Assembly (NCBI GenBank): GCA_038250865.1
Contig: JBBSBW010000006.1
Location: 26,424-90,423 of the forward strand
Direction: 5' to 3'
Source: Thermoanaerobaculia bacterium
GTDB taxonomy: Bacteria > Acidobacteriota > Thermoanaerobaculia > Multivoradales > UBA5704
DNA length: 64,000 nt
Part shown: positions 51,225 to 59,841 of the stretch, in pieces
How the letters are laid out: each line of letters starts with the position of its first letter
Numbering within the stretch: the stretch's first letter is position 1
Notes under the pieces: generated by a model
The model's database searches: none
The model's input: only the letters and a program-made list of their open reading frames with translations
What the model was told of the DNA's origin: nothing
Position numbers and translations under genes: made by a program

Positions 51225-51992
51225 TCAGATTCTCCGGAGAAATTCGCGGGCGAGGGCGAGGTAGGCGTCCGCGCCGCGCGACTTGATGTCGTATTGAAAG
51301 ATCGGCATGCCGTGGCTCGGCGCCTCGGCGAGTCGTACGTTGCGCGGCACCACGCTCTCGAACACCTTCCCTGCAAAGTGGCGACGAACCTCGTCCGCCA
51401 CGTCGCGCGAAAGGTTCATCCGATCGTCGAACATGGTGAGGACGATGCCCGCGATGTCGAGCCGCGGATTCAGGCCCTCGCGGATCCGCTCGACGGTCGC
51501 GACCAGTTCGCTGATGCCTTCCAGGGCGAAGTATTCGCATTGGAGAGGAACGAGCAGTCCGTCGGCCGCGGAGAGCGCCATGACGGTGAGATGGCCGAGC
51601 GACGGCGGGCAGTCGATCAGGATGAGGTCGTAGCGGTCGGAGACACCGGTGAGAATCTCCAGCAGGCGGTGCTCCCAGCCCGGCTCGCCCACCAGCTCCA
51701 CCTCGAGGCCGACGAGATCCCGCTGGGAAGGCGCCAGGTCGAGGTTGGGAAAACCCGAGGGGCGTATCACTTCGGAGAGCGGAGCCTCGCCGATCAGGGC
51801 GTGGTAAAGGTGAGGCGCAGCAGCGTCAGAGCCGACACCGCGCGAGGCGTTTCCTTGAGGGTCGCTGTCGACCAGAAGAACGCGCTTTTCGAGCGCGCCC
51901 AATGCCGCGCCGAGGTTGATCGCGGTGGTCGTCTTGCCTACGCCCCCTTTTTGATTTGCGATCGCGAGAATCCGCGCCTTGTTCGAGGCCAT
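51225..51992 (-). CDS. parA: Chromosome partitioning ATPase ParA/Soj
   Basis: Deviant Walker A KGGVGKTT and ParA-family motifs. Confidence 0.9.
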   Translation of the reverse strand: MASNKARILAIANQKGGVGKTTTAINLGAALGALEKRVLLVDSDPQGNASRGVGSDAAAPHLYHALIGEAPLSEVIRPSGFPNLDLAPSQRDLVGLEVELVGEPGWEHRLLEILTGVSDRYDLILIDCPPSLGHLTVMALSAADGLLVPLQCEYFALEGISELVATVERIREGLNPRLDIAGIVLTMFDDRMNLSRDVADEVRRHFAGKVFESVVPRNVRLAEAPSHGMPIFQYDIKSRGADAYLALAREFLRRI

Positions 51993-52038
51993 GTTTGGCG
52001 ACTTCTCCTGAGGGCCCCGAGCAGGGCTCGATTGACTT

Positions 52039-52686
52039 CTATCCGAACGATGTCGCGCGAACCAGCTCCACGATCCGTCGCCTTTCGCTGCCCGCTAGAG
52101 GAACTTGCCTTGCGATGACCAACCCCGCGGGGGGAGAAGGCGTTTCGGCGCCTACCCACATCAGAATTCTTCCTTTCGGGTCCAGTCGCCGGCCGAGGTC
52201 TGCGAGGAGGTCGGGAGAAAGCCTCAGTGCCCGAACGGTGATCAGAGCCGGCGATTCCGGAAAGGACACTGGCAAGGGAGCCGCGACTTTAACATCGAGA
52301 CATCGGAGCGGCAACGCCGCGCGACGCGCAGCCGCAAGAAGAAAGCTTGCCTTCTTCTCCCGCGCTTCGATGAGGACCGTTTGGAGGTTGCGCCGCGCCG
52401 CCGCGATCGGAAACCCGGGAAAGCCCGCGCCGGATCCCAGATCGACTGCCGTGCCGACATCCAGAGGAATCAACGGGAGCGCCGCCAGGGATTCGCCGTA
52501 GTGGCGGGCGAAAATCTCCGAGGACGTGCCGGGTCCGATTAGGGAGAGCGCACGGTTCCAGCGGCGAAGCTCCTCGTAGTGTGCGTGGAGCACGAGAACC
52601 GCCAGCTCCGGCAGCGGTTCCGGAGAAAGCGAAGAGAGCCGATCGGAGAATTCCGGAAGGGAGACTTGAGGAAGGTTGAACGCCAC
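52039..52686 (-). CDS. rsmG: 16S rRNA (guanine527-N7)-methyltransferase RsmG (GidB)
   Basis: SAM-binding DLGSGAGFPGFPIA and GidB family length. Confidence 0.85.
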   Translation of the reverse strand: MAFNLPQVSLPEFSDRLSSLSPEPLPELAVLVLHAHYEELRRWNRALSLIGPGTSSEIFARHYGESLAALPLIPLDVGTAVDLGSGAGFPGFPIAAARRNLQTVLIEAREKKASFLLAAARRAALPLRCLDVKVAAPLPVSFPESPALITVRALRLSPDLLADLGRRLDPKGRILMWVGAETPSPPAGLVIARQVPLAGSERRRIVELVRATSFG

Positions 52687-52729
52687 GCCTGATCGTAGGA
52701 CGAGGCCCGCCAGGAGGCAAGGACGGTAG

Positions 52730-52824
52730 GTTTCACGTGAAACATGAACGCCCGGCAGGTCGTCGAAATGCGCGCGACCCGTTTAAAAGGGCAAGAACCA
52801 CACGTTTCACGTGAAACATGAGCG
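52730..52824. repeat. Two direct copies of a 20-bp element GTTTCACGTGAAACATGARCG containing the 12-bp perfect palindrome TTTCACGTGAAA
   Basis: Copies at about 52730-52750 and 52804-52824, 74 bp apart, in the jag-rsmG intergenic region of the ori-proximal cluster. Confidence 0.8.
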
Positions 52825-52867
52825 TTGGGGGCCGCCGCGCAGACGGCCCCTACAATTCCCAAGCGGC

Positions 52868-53824
52868 CTAGAGGGGCCGGACTACTACGCGCTTGAAATA
52901 GCCGTCGCCTTCGCTCTCGGTCATCACCGTGGCGTCATCCGCGAGCGCCATGTGTACGGCGCGACGATCCGCGGGGTTCATCCGCTCGAGAATCTTCGGC
53001 GCTCCCCCCTGAAGCACCTCCGCAGCCACGCGCTGGGCCAGACTGCGCAGTTGCTCCTCGCGAATTTCGTGGAAGTTGTCGCAGTCCACCCGGCACGCGA
53101 CCGTCTCACCCGTGCGGTTGCGGATCAGCCGCGGCAACAGATGCTCAAGCGAATGGAGCAGCTCGCCAGAGTCCTTGAAGCAGATGTCCGCATCCGGCCC
53201 GGCGAGGTCGACGAGCAGCTCCCCGTCCCCTTGAAAGATCTTGGCCTCCAGTCGCGCGCCCGCGATCGCAAGAAGACGCGCAGCCTCCTCTTGCGCCGTC
53301 GTCGCGGCCAAGCCTTCCGCCGCCGGAAAGCGCTCCGAAATCTGGCGCGGCACCTCCAGCAGCGGCACCAGCTCGGTCGCCACCGATTCGATCTTCGGTC
53401 GCCGCGCATCCTCTTCGCGGCGGCGCCCGTCGCGCCCCCCCCGCTCGCCACCCCGGCCACCGCGATCATCCCGGCCGCCGCGGCCGTCGCGACCACCCCG
53501 ATCCTCGCGACCTCGCGGCCCGGGAGGTCGCACCTCGCTCCGCCCGCCCGCCGGGCGCTCTTCCCGCGGCCGGCCGCCAACCGGTGCGGGTCGGCTCGGC
53601 GCTGCGGCGAGGCCGGGCACCGGCTGTTGCGGCACTCCAGCCTCCCTTTCCGGGCGAGTCGTGTCGACCTCGATCAAGAATTTTCGCCCGCTTCGGGTCA
53701 TGCCAGTCTTCTCGACCTTCTGATACGCAACCCGATCCGGATCGATTCTAAAGTGGCTCGCGGCCTGCAGGACCGCCCGTTCAAGGCTGTCGGCCGAAAA
53801 GAACTTCCGCTTGTCTTCGCTCAT
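52868..53824 (-). CDS. jag: Jag/KhpB RNA-binding protein (Jag_N, KH and R3H domains) with an expanded Arg/Gly-rich linker
   Basis: The start is reassigned to MSEDKRKFF (ATGA overlap with the yidC stop). C-terminal KH/R3H region (...NPADRRAVHMALADDATVMTESEGDGYFKRVVVRP). Roughly 60-aa RG/RD-rich low-complexity insert. Confidence 0.8.
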   Translation of the reverse strand: MSEDKRKFFSADSLERAVLQAASHFRIDPDRVAYQKVEKTGMTRSGRKFLIEVDTTRPEREAGVPQQPVPGLAAAPSRPAPVGGRPREERPAGGRSEVRPPGPRGREDRGGRDGRGGRDDRGGRGGERGGRDGRRREEDARRPKIESVATELVPLLEVPRQISERFPAAEGLAATTAQEEAARLLAIAGARLEAKIFQGDGELLVDLAGPDADICFKDSGELLHSLEHLLPRLIRNRTGETVACRVDCDNFHEIREEQLRSLAQRVAAEVLQGGAPKILERMNPADRRAVHMALADDATVMTESEGDGYFKRVVVRPL

Positions 53825-55545
53825 TTCGCTTTTGCCGGGAGAGTGCTGCCGGCCGGCGTGGTCGGCAGAATCCATCGGTTGTAAACCGCCTGCTGGGCAA
53901 TCGTCAAGACGTTGTTGGTCAGCCAGTAGAGGACCAGGCCGCTCGGAAAGCCGAGAAACAGGAACGTCATCACCACCGGCATCAACTGAAACAGCCGGCG
54001 TTGCATGGGGTCGCCGACGCTCGGGGTCATCCGCACCTGCAGGAATTGGGTCGCCCCCATCACCAACGGCAGGATGTAGAACGAATCCTTGGCCGACAGG
54101 TCGTGAATCCAGAAAATCCAGGGGGCGTTGCGCAGCTCGACCGCCGAATACAGCACGCTGTAGAAGGCGAAGAACACGGGCATCTGAAGGATCATCGGCA
54201 GGCAGCCGCCGGTCGGCTGAACCCCCTCCGCCTTATAGATCGCCATCATCTCTTCGTTCATCTTGCGCTGCATCTCGAGGTTCGGCCGGCCGTTCTTGTC
54301 GCGCAGCTTCGGCCGGTACCGCTCGCGCAGGGCCTGCAGCTTCGGATTCAGCTGCTGCATCTTGCGCATCGATTTCGTCGAGCTATGGGTGAGCGGCAAA
54401 AGCACGATCTTGATCAACGTCGTCAGCAGGATGATCGCCCAGCCATAGTTGGGCACCACGTGGTCGTAAATCCAATGGAGTGCCGAGAGCAGCGGCTGCG
54501 CGAGAAACGAGAACATTCCCAAACGGAGCGCTTTGCCGAGATCGTGAGGAAGAGACGCCAACTGCTTCCGCTCCTTGGAACCCCAATAGGAGCCGAGCTT
54601 CATGTGGTCGCCCGAGGGATAAAGGAAAATCCAGAAGTCCCTCTTGAGCTTCTTCTGATCGCCGGTCAATTCCGCCGGCACCGGCGTCGCCGCCAGGCCG
54701 TCCGGCCCGGGGGTCAGCAGAACGGGCTGGAAGACCGCCTTTTGAAAGCCTTCAAAGGGGACGACCGCGGCGAGGAAGTAGGTGTCGTCGAGGGCGACCC
54801 AGCCGAGCCCTGAAGCGGAGACCTCTTTGACGTCTTTCACCTTCTGGGGGTCCAACACCTCCACCGATCCCCCGGAGAGATACAGGCCCTCGCGTCGTTC
54901 GAAGCGGCTGCCCAGCTCGTCGCCCGTAAGGTTCCGCATTCCCGGTCCTACGGCCACCGCCCACCCTTGCAGCCCTTCGACTTCGACATCGAAGTCGAAC
55001 AGGCCGTCGGGTCGAAAGCTGAACGCTTTCCGCGCCCACACCTTGCCGTCGCCGTATTCGAACGTCACACCCTTGCCGTCCGGCGATCGCTCGCTATGAA
55101 ACAGTGCATTCCCAAGCGGGATCGCCTGCCCGGAGGCATCGACGATCGCAAAAGGATAGGGGCCGCTCTTGCGGCTACGCACCAGCTCCAGGGGCTTGCC
55201 CGTCGGATCGACCTGCTTCTTGAGAGCGTAGGAACGAATCTCCCCGCCGCGATTGCTGAGCTCGACCCGGGCGTCCTTCGTCTCGATCACCACGGACTCG
55301 GCAGCCGCGGCCTGAACCGCTACGTGAACCGGCGCCGGTGCCACAACCGCGGCGGCACCCGGCTCGGGCGCCCCGGCCGCTTGAGGAACAGGCGCGCCGG
55401 TAGCCGGTCGAGCAGGCTCGGTGATGGCCGGGATGGCCGACGTCGGGCGGGCGGGAACCGGCGTTTCGGCCGGAAAGAAGTAATGCCAAAGGACTAGAAA
55501 GCCGAACGACAACGCGGCGGCAACGATCAGGCGGCGGGTATCCAA
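53821..55545 (-). CDS. yidC: Membrane protein insertase YidC
   Basis: N-terminal TM, large periplasmic domain, five C-terminal TM helices with conserved YidC motifs (LYWLTNNVLTIAQQ). Confidence 0.9.
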   Translation of the reverse strand: MDTRRLIVAAALSFGFLVLWHYFFPAETPVPARPTSAIPAITEPARPATGAPVPQAAGAPEPGAAAVVAPAPVHVAVQAAAAESVVIETKDARVELSNRGGEIRSYALKKQVDPTGKPLELVRSRKSGPYPFAIVDASGQAIPLGNALFHSERSPDGKGVTFEYGDGKVWARKAFSFRPDGLFDFDVEVEGLQGWAVAVGPGMRNLTGDELGSRFERREGLYLSGGSVEVLDPQKVKDVKEVSASGLGWVALDDTYFLAAVVPFEGFQKAVFQPVLLTPGPDGLAATPVPAELTGDQKKLKRDFWIFLYPSGDHMKLGSYWGSKERKQLASLPHDLGKALRLGMFSFLAQPLLSALHWIYDHVVPNYGWAIILLTTLIKIVLLPLTHSSTKSMRKMQQLNPKLQALRERYRPKLRDKNGRPNLEMQRKMNEEMMAIYKAEGVQPTGGCLPMILQMPVFFAFYSVLYSAVELRNAPWIFWIHDLSAKDSFYILPLVMGATQFLQVRMTPSVGDPMQRRLFQLMPVVMTFLFLGFPSGLVLYWLTNNVLTIAQQAVYNRWILPTTPAGSTLPAKAK

Positions 55546-55566
55546 GGAGAGCCTCTTGCGCTTTAG

Positions 55567-55773
55567 TTAGGGCAGATCGATGCCGCCCGGATGAAACGGT
55601 TGACACCGCATCAGTCGCCCGCCCGCGAGCCAGGCGCCGCGCGCCAGCCCATGCTCCAGAATGGCGAGCTGGGCGTACTCCGAGCAGGTCGGCGTAAAAC
55701 GGCACGAACGCGGCAGAAACGGCGAGATCCGTCGCTTGTAGAACCTCAGCGCGGCGACCGCCAGACGCTTCAC
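55567..55773 (-). CDS. yidD: Membrane protein insertion efficiency factor YidD
   Basis: [33 protein letters not shown] signature. Confidence 0.9.
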   Translation of the reverse strand: MKRLAVAALRFYKRRISPFLPRSCRFTPTCSEYAQLAILEHGLARGAWLAGGRLMRCQPFHPGGIDLP

Positions 55774-56192
55774 CGGGACCCTCCGCGCGGCATCGCGCCG
55801 CGCCAGAGACGGATCAAATCCTCGACGAAATTCCGAGGATCTGCCTTGGCGGCTTCCGGTTTCAGATGTACCACGAGATCCAAGGGGGGAAGTCCGCCGC
55901 GTTCCGTCCAGCGGCGATACGTCTCTCGAATCCGCCTCTTGAGGCGATGTCGGACCACCGAGTTACCCACCTTGCGGCTGGCGGTTACCCCCAGCCGTGG
56001 CCGACCTTCGGTGTTCGGGGCGAAGTATAAAATCGATAAAGAGCCGGTCCGTCGACGTCCAGTTCGGTAGCAGCGCAGGAAATCAGCTCTCCGCCTCAAA
56101 CGATCCTCGCTCCGAAATCCCTCGCTTCGAGAGGCCCCGTGAGCAGAATTGGGAGGGGAAAAGGACCGAGGCGGATCCTGTGCTTCCGACAT
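55770..56192 (-). CDS. rnpA: Ribonuclease P protein component RnpA
   Basis: The start is reassigned to MSEAQDPP (TGATG overlap with the rpmH stop). RNR-motif region [12 protein letters not shown]; GTGA overlap with the yidD start. Confidence 0.8.
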   Translation of the reverse strand: MSEAQDPPRSFSPPNSAHGASRSEGFRSEDRLRRRADFLRCYRTGRRRTGSLSILYFAPNTEGRPRLGVTASRKVGNSVVRHRLKRRIRETYRRWTERGGLPPLDLVVHLKPEAAKADPRNFVEDLIRLWRGAMPRGGSR

Positions 56193-56326
56193 CAGACGGC
56201 TAGGCGGTGACGACCCTTCCGGCGACGACGTCCGATGACCGCACGGCCGTTCCGGGTACGCATCCGAACCAGAAATCCGTGAGTCCGCTTGCGCCGCCGG
56301 TTGTTGGGCTGAAACGTCCGCTTCAC
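56192..56326 (-). CDS. rpmH: 50S ribosomal protein L34
   Basis: GTG start. Encodes [44 protein letters not shown], not in the ORF track (<60 aa). Confidence 0.85.
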   Translation of the reverse strand: MKRTFQPNNRRRKRTHGFLVRMRTRNGRAVIGRRRRKGRHRLAV

Positions 56327-56505
56327 GTTGCACCTTTTTCCTTGACAGTTTTTTTGACTTCGGCCGCCCGTCGTCGACGGACACTATCGGCACCCCTGCA
56401 GGCGCCGAGCCGGGCAGGGGCGTAAAACTAGACGAGAAAACAATCTCCGTCAAGAGCGGCTCGACCCAACCACGGTTGAACCCGTTCTTGTCGAGAGCGA
56501 AGGAA

Positions 56506-56595
56506 TGGCGGAGAGGGTGGGATTCGAACCCACGGACCGATTTCCCGGTCAACGGTTTTCGAGACCGTCCCATTCGACCGCTCTGGCACCTCTCC
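56506..56595 (-). tRNA. tRNA-Ser (anticodon CGA)
   Basis: Cloverleaf: acceptor GGAGAGG, anticodon loop CUCGAAA, long variable arm, T-arm GGTTCGAATCC, encoded CCA. Confidence 0.85.
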
Positions 56596-56607
56596 AGTTA
56601 CTACTTT

Positions 56608-56698
56608 TGGCGGTGAGGGTGGGATTCGAACCCACGGTAGAGTTGCCCCTACACACGCTTTCCAAGCGTGCTCCTTAAGCCACTCGGACACCTCACCC
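56608..56698 (-). tRNA. tRNA-Ser (anticodon GGA)
   Basis: Acceptor GGGTGAGG, anticodon loop UUGGAAA, long variable arm, T-arm GGTTCGAATCC, encoded CCA. Confidence 0.85.
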
Positions 56699-56715
56699 AC
56701 GGCTTTTAAAGAACC

Positions 56716-57150
56716 TTACTTGCTCCGCAGCCGGGCGAAGAATTGACGGAGAACGTCCCCGCATTCCTCTTCCAGCACGCCGTCCACCACTTCGAGGCGA
56801 TGGTTCAAGCGAACATCCGCAACCAGATTGCCTAGACTACCGCAGTAACCGGCTTTCGGGTCCGAAGCACCAAAAACCAGACGCTCGACGCGGCTCGCGA
56901 CCAGAGCCCCCGCGCACATCGCGCAGGGTTCGAGGGTGACGTAAAGGGTGCATCCCGTCAGCCGCCACCCCCCGACCTGCTTGCCCGCCTCGCGAATCGC
57001 CAGGATCTCAGCGTGGCCCAAAGGGTCGCCGTCGATCTCCCGTCGATTGTAGCCACGCCCCACCACCTCGCCGCCGCGGACGATCACCGCGCCGATCGGC
57101 ACTTCGCCGAGCGCTTCGGCCCGGCGGGCCTCCTCAAGCGCCAGCTCCAT
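56716..57150 (-). CDS. tadA: tRNA-specific adenosine deaminase TadA
   Basis: HAEILAIREAG...TLEPCAMCAGA zinc-binding CDA motifs. The start is placed at MELALEEARRA; the long upstream read-through in the ORF track is treated as non-coding. Confidence 0.8.
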   Translation of the reverse strand: MELALEEARRAEALGEVPIGAVIVRGGEVVGRGYNRREIDGDPLGHAEILAIREAGKQVGGWRLTGCTLYVTLEPCAMCAGALVASRVERLVFGASDPKAGYCGSLGNLVADVRLNHRLEVVDGVLEEECGDVLRQFFARLRSK

Positions 57151-57318
57151 CCAAGCCTTGTCCACTTCGGAGAACAAAAGAGCCTCCACAACCGGCTGAC
57201 GAGCGGGGGATGATAGATGAAGTCCCGCGCCAGGTAAACCTTGCGCGTGGACGGTCCGGTTCCAGACGAGAGCAGAAGCGGTCTCGCCGAGAACGGCGGT
57301 GAGCCGACCCGGGCCAGC

Positions 57319-57531
57319 GGTGGTCCCGATCAGAACAGTAGTGGTTCCGACCCGAACACTGGTGATCTGGACCAAAACCGGGGTGGTCTCGACCAAACCA
57401 GAGGCGATCCCGACTGGAACAGGGGTGAGCTGGACCTAAACAGTGGTGGTCCCGACCGGAACAGGGGTGAGCTGGACCAGGCCCGTGGTGGTCCCGGCCA
57501 GATCAGCGGCGGGCTGGACCCGACCGCTTTG
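57319..57531. repeat. About 10 tandem units of a 21-bp repeat (consensus GGTGGTCCCGACCGGAACAGG), each with a short interrupted palindrome GGTC-nn-GACC
   Basis: Direct reading of head-to-tail units. Unit length is exactly 21, so the frame is preserved through the XRE gene's C-terminus and through the antisense ORF 57241-57726. Confidence 0.8.
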
Positions 57532-58136
57532 CCACTTGGAGGCCCAACTCGGCGAGAGCGAGTGCTTCGTCCGGATCGCTCAGCGCCAACTCTCTCGCTT
57601 TCTTCGGCCAGCCGTTCGACCAACGCAGGGCTCCAAAACGGTGGGGAGTACTCGGCCAGCATCAGGCGCTGGTCTCTGGGGAGGTCGGAGAGTCGGCGCC
57701 ATAGCTCTTCGGCGTCGGTCCGTTGATCCTCGGCCGAGCGGGCGCGGGGCTGTAAGGCCATGGCGACCCGGAGGAGCGCACCTTCAACGATCTTCCGGAC
57801 GCGGTCGCCGGTCACCGAGGAACAGGCGGAGTCCAACGGGCTGATTCCGTTGGCCGCCGGCCGCCGGATCGATTCGGCCGCTTCGACCACCGCCTTTACG
57901 GTCGTCCCTAACGCGGCGGCCATTCGGTCGAGGGTGCCGGGTCGAGGGATCTTGTCGCCCGTTTCGTAGGCCGAGATCTGCGTCCGGTGCATCTTCACGG
58001 CTCGGCCAAACTCCTCCTGCGTCATTCCCTGGGACGCCCGGAGCATCAACACCAACGTCGCCTCGGTGACGGCCTCGCCCTGGAGCGTTAAAACCGTCGA
58101 ATCGGGCTGTATCTTGCCTTTCGGGTAGCGTGACAT
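57330..58136 (-). CDS. XRE-family HTH transcriptional regulator with a C-terminal tail of 7-residue tandem repeats
   Basis: Cro/C1-type HTH (MTQEEFGRAVKMHRTQISAYETGDKIPRPGTLDRMAAALG). The last 65 aa or so, SSPLFRS GPPLFRS SSPLFQS GSPLVWS RPPRFWS RSPVFGS, are encoded by 21-bp DNA tandem repeats. Confidence 0.55.
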   Translation of the reverse strand: MSRYPKGKIQPDSTVLTLQGEAVTEATLVLMLRASQGMTQEEFGRAVKMHRTQISAYETGDKIPRPGTLDRMAAALGTTVKAVVEAAESIRRPAANGISPLDSACSSVTGDRVRKIVEGALLRVAMALQPRARSAEDQRTDAEELWRRLSDLPRDQRLMLAEYSPPFWSPALVERLAEESERVGAERSGRSTRSRRVGPPSGKAVGSSPPLIWPGPPRAWSSSPLFRSGPPLFRSSSPLFQSGSPLVWSRPPRFWSRSPVFGSEPLLF

Positions 58137-58226
58137 AGCCTTTCACCCGTTTAAACGGGAATTCCTTTCCGCGACACTCCGGTCGCCGGATCTTCCGGTG
58201 CGCCGAAATCCCCAAGGAGGATTACC

Positions 58227-58550
58227 GTGAAACCGCCTCTCCGCCGTCTCGCCGTCTCTATAGCACTCGCCTTCGCGCTCCAGCTGACCCTTCCCCCGGC
58301 GGCGGTCAGCGCACCGAAAGATGTGGGCCTTCGGTTTGGTGATTGGCTCGGATTCCTGTCTCGCCTCTGGGCTCCGGAAGGGTGCAGCATCGATCCGGGT
58401 GGGCGATGCACTGTTGAGCCCAAGCAGGTCGTGCAGAACAATGGTTGCAGCTTCGATCCCCATGGCGGTTGCCGCGAAAGCGACGCGACCACCCCGGCCC
58501 CCCGGGACAATGGCTGCATCTTCGACCCAGGCGGCCTCTGCGCGAACTGA
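58227..58550 (+). CDS. Small secreted protein with three Cys-pair repeats NGC(S/I)(I/F)DP(G/H)GxC
   Basis: Strong RBS AAGGAGG 6 nt before the GTG start; signal peptide MKPPLRRLAVSIALAFALQLTLPPAAVSA. Three repeats (GCSIDPGGRC, GCSFDPHGGC, GCIFDPGGLC). Divergent from the XRE regulator with a 90-bp intergenic gap. Confidence 0.55.
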   Translation: MKPPLRRLAVSIALAFALQLTLPPAAVSAPKDVGLRFGDWLGFLSRLWAPEGCSIDPGGRCTVEPKQVVQNNGCSFDPHGGCRESDATTPAPRDNGCIFDPGGLCAN

Positions 58551-59270
58551 CAATCGAAAGCCCACGATAGAGATCCACGCAGCTGGTGCCCGTATGCCAC
58601 CGGCTGCGTCAGCCATTCGACCCACCCACGGAGGCAGCCATTAAGTTCCCGCGCGGGGCGCCCACGGCAATCAAGGCGCGTTGCGCCTCGCGGGCCAGCT
58701 CGACGGTCGCCTTTTCCCGCTCGGCGGCCTCCAGGAACAGGCGAACCGCCGCCAACTCCTCGCGCTCGATTCTCACCGCTCGGAAGACCGCGGCGGTCTG
58801 GCGTGCCGGGCTCTTGGTCTCTCGAAGCCGCCCGGCCGATAGGTAAACCATGGCCAGATCAAGCGCTGCGAGTGCCGCGTCGTACGCAATCTTTCGCGCG
58901 GCGAAGTCCCGCCAGACCTGATCGAGTGCTGCGGCGGCCCGCTCGCCTTGCCCGGTTACCGCCGTAGCCTTACCTTCCGCCGAGCACGTCCCGTATCAAC
59001 TTGTACGCGGCGTTCGTCGAGTGCGAAAACGTCTGCTTCGGCGTCGGTGCCATGTTTGGCCTCGTGGGTGATTTCATAGAGCAGGGCGTTACGAACCCTC
59101 CGAACGTGACAACAAGCGATGACGGCGAGTGCCCTTCCGGGCGCTTTTTTCGGGTACCCACCCCTCGCGGTGATTTAAAAAGACAACCGGTAGCTTGGCG
59201 CGACCTTCGGAGGTTTGCAAGAGCTGGCGGCGCGAGGGGCTCTAGCCTTTCACCATGGAGGGCCCGGCAC

Positions 59271-59691
59271 AGTGAACGAGAAAATCGAAAAGCACCTGGT
59301 GCGGATCGAAAAAGCCCGTCGGCGATCCGGGCCCTTGCGCGAGACGGTGATCTTGAGTCTCCGCGGAATTCCGCACATCCGCCGGATCATCGAATTCTTC
59401 CTCGAAGGGCTGAGGCGCGAAGCGCCGCCGCCCGATCCGCGGCAGCTCGGCGAATCGACCTACCGGGCGGAGGTGCGCGCGGCAGCGGCCGAGTTGCATC
59501 ACGTCCCAGATTTCTTGGCCGAATCGGCGCGCCGGTTGCTCGCCCGGGAAGGAGTTGAAGGGGCCGCGATCGATCCCGCCGACCGGCGGCTGTGCAAGTG
59601 GGTGGAGGAGCAGCGCCGCGAAGTACTGCGACTGGCCGTACGGTTCGAGCGGCGGGTGGGCCCGGCGCCGGAGGGCGGGGAAGAAGGCTGA
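59271..59691 (+). CDS. Hypothetical protein (about 140 aa)
   Basis: GTG start after GGAGGG. Helical, Arg/Glu-rich; no family recognised. Sits upstream of ffs and dnaX. Confidence 0.35.
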
Positions 59692-59841
59692 CCGGCGGCG
59701 ACCTACTCCGGGAAGCAGAAACAAAGTTCCCGAAAAAGTATCGGTTTCTCGCGCACCTATCGGTTAAAGTCTCCCACGCCGACACCACGCCTTTACAGCG
59801 TCCCGGCCGAGAACATAGGATCAACTCTCCCGGCAGGGACC

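Noticed and set aside
57241-57726. Plus-strand 161-aa ORF with GDLDQNRGG-type repeats
   Set aside because: It mirrors the 21-bp array in an antisense frame and lacks a start context. The minus-strand frame continues from a genuine XRE HTH domain, which is the more plausible coding frame if either is coding.
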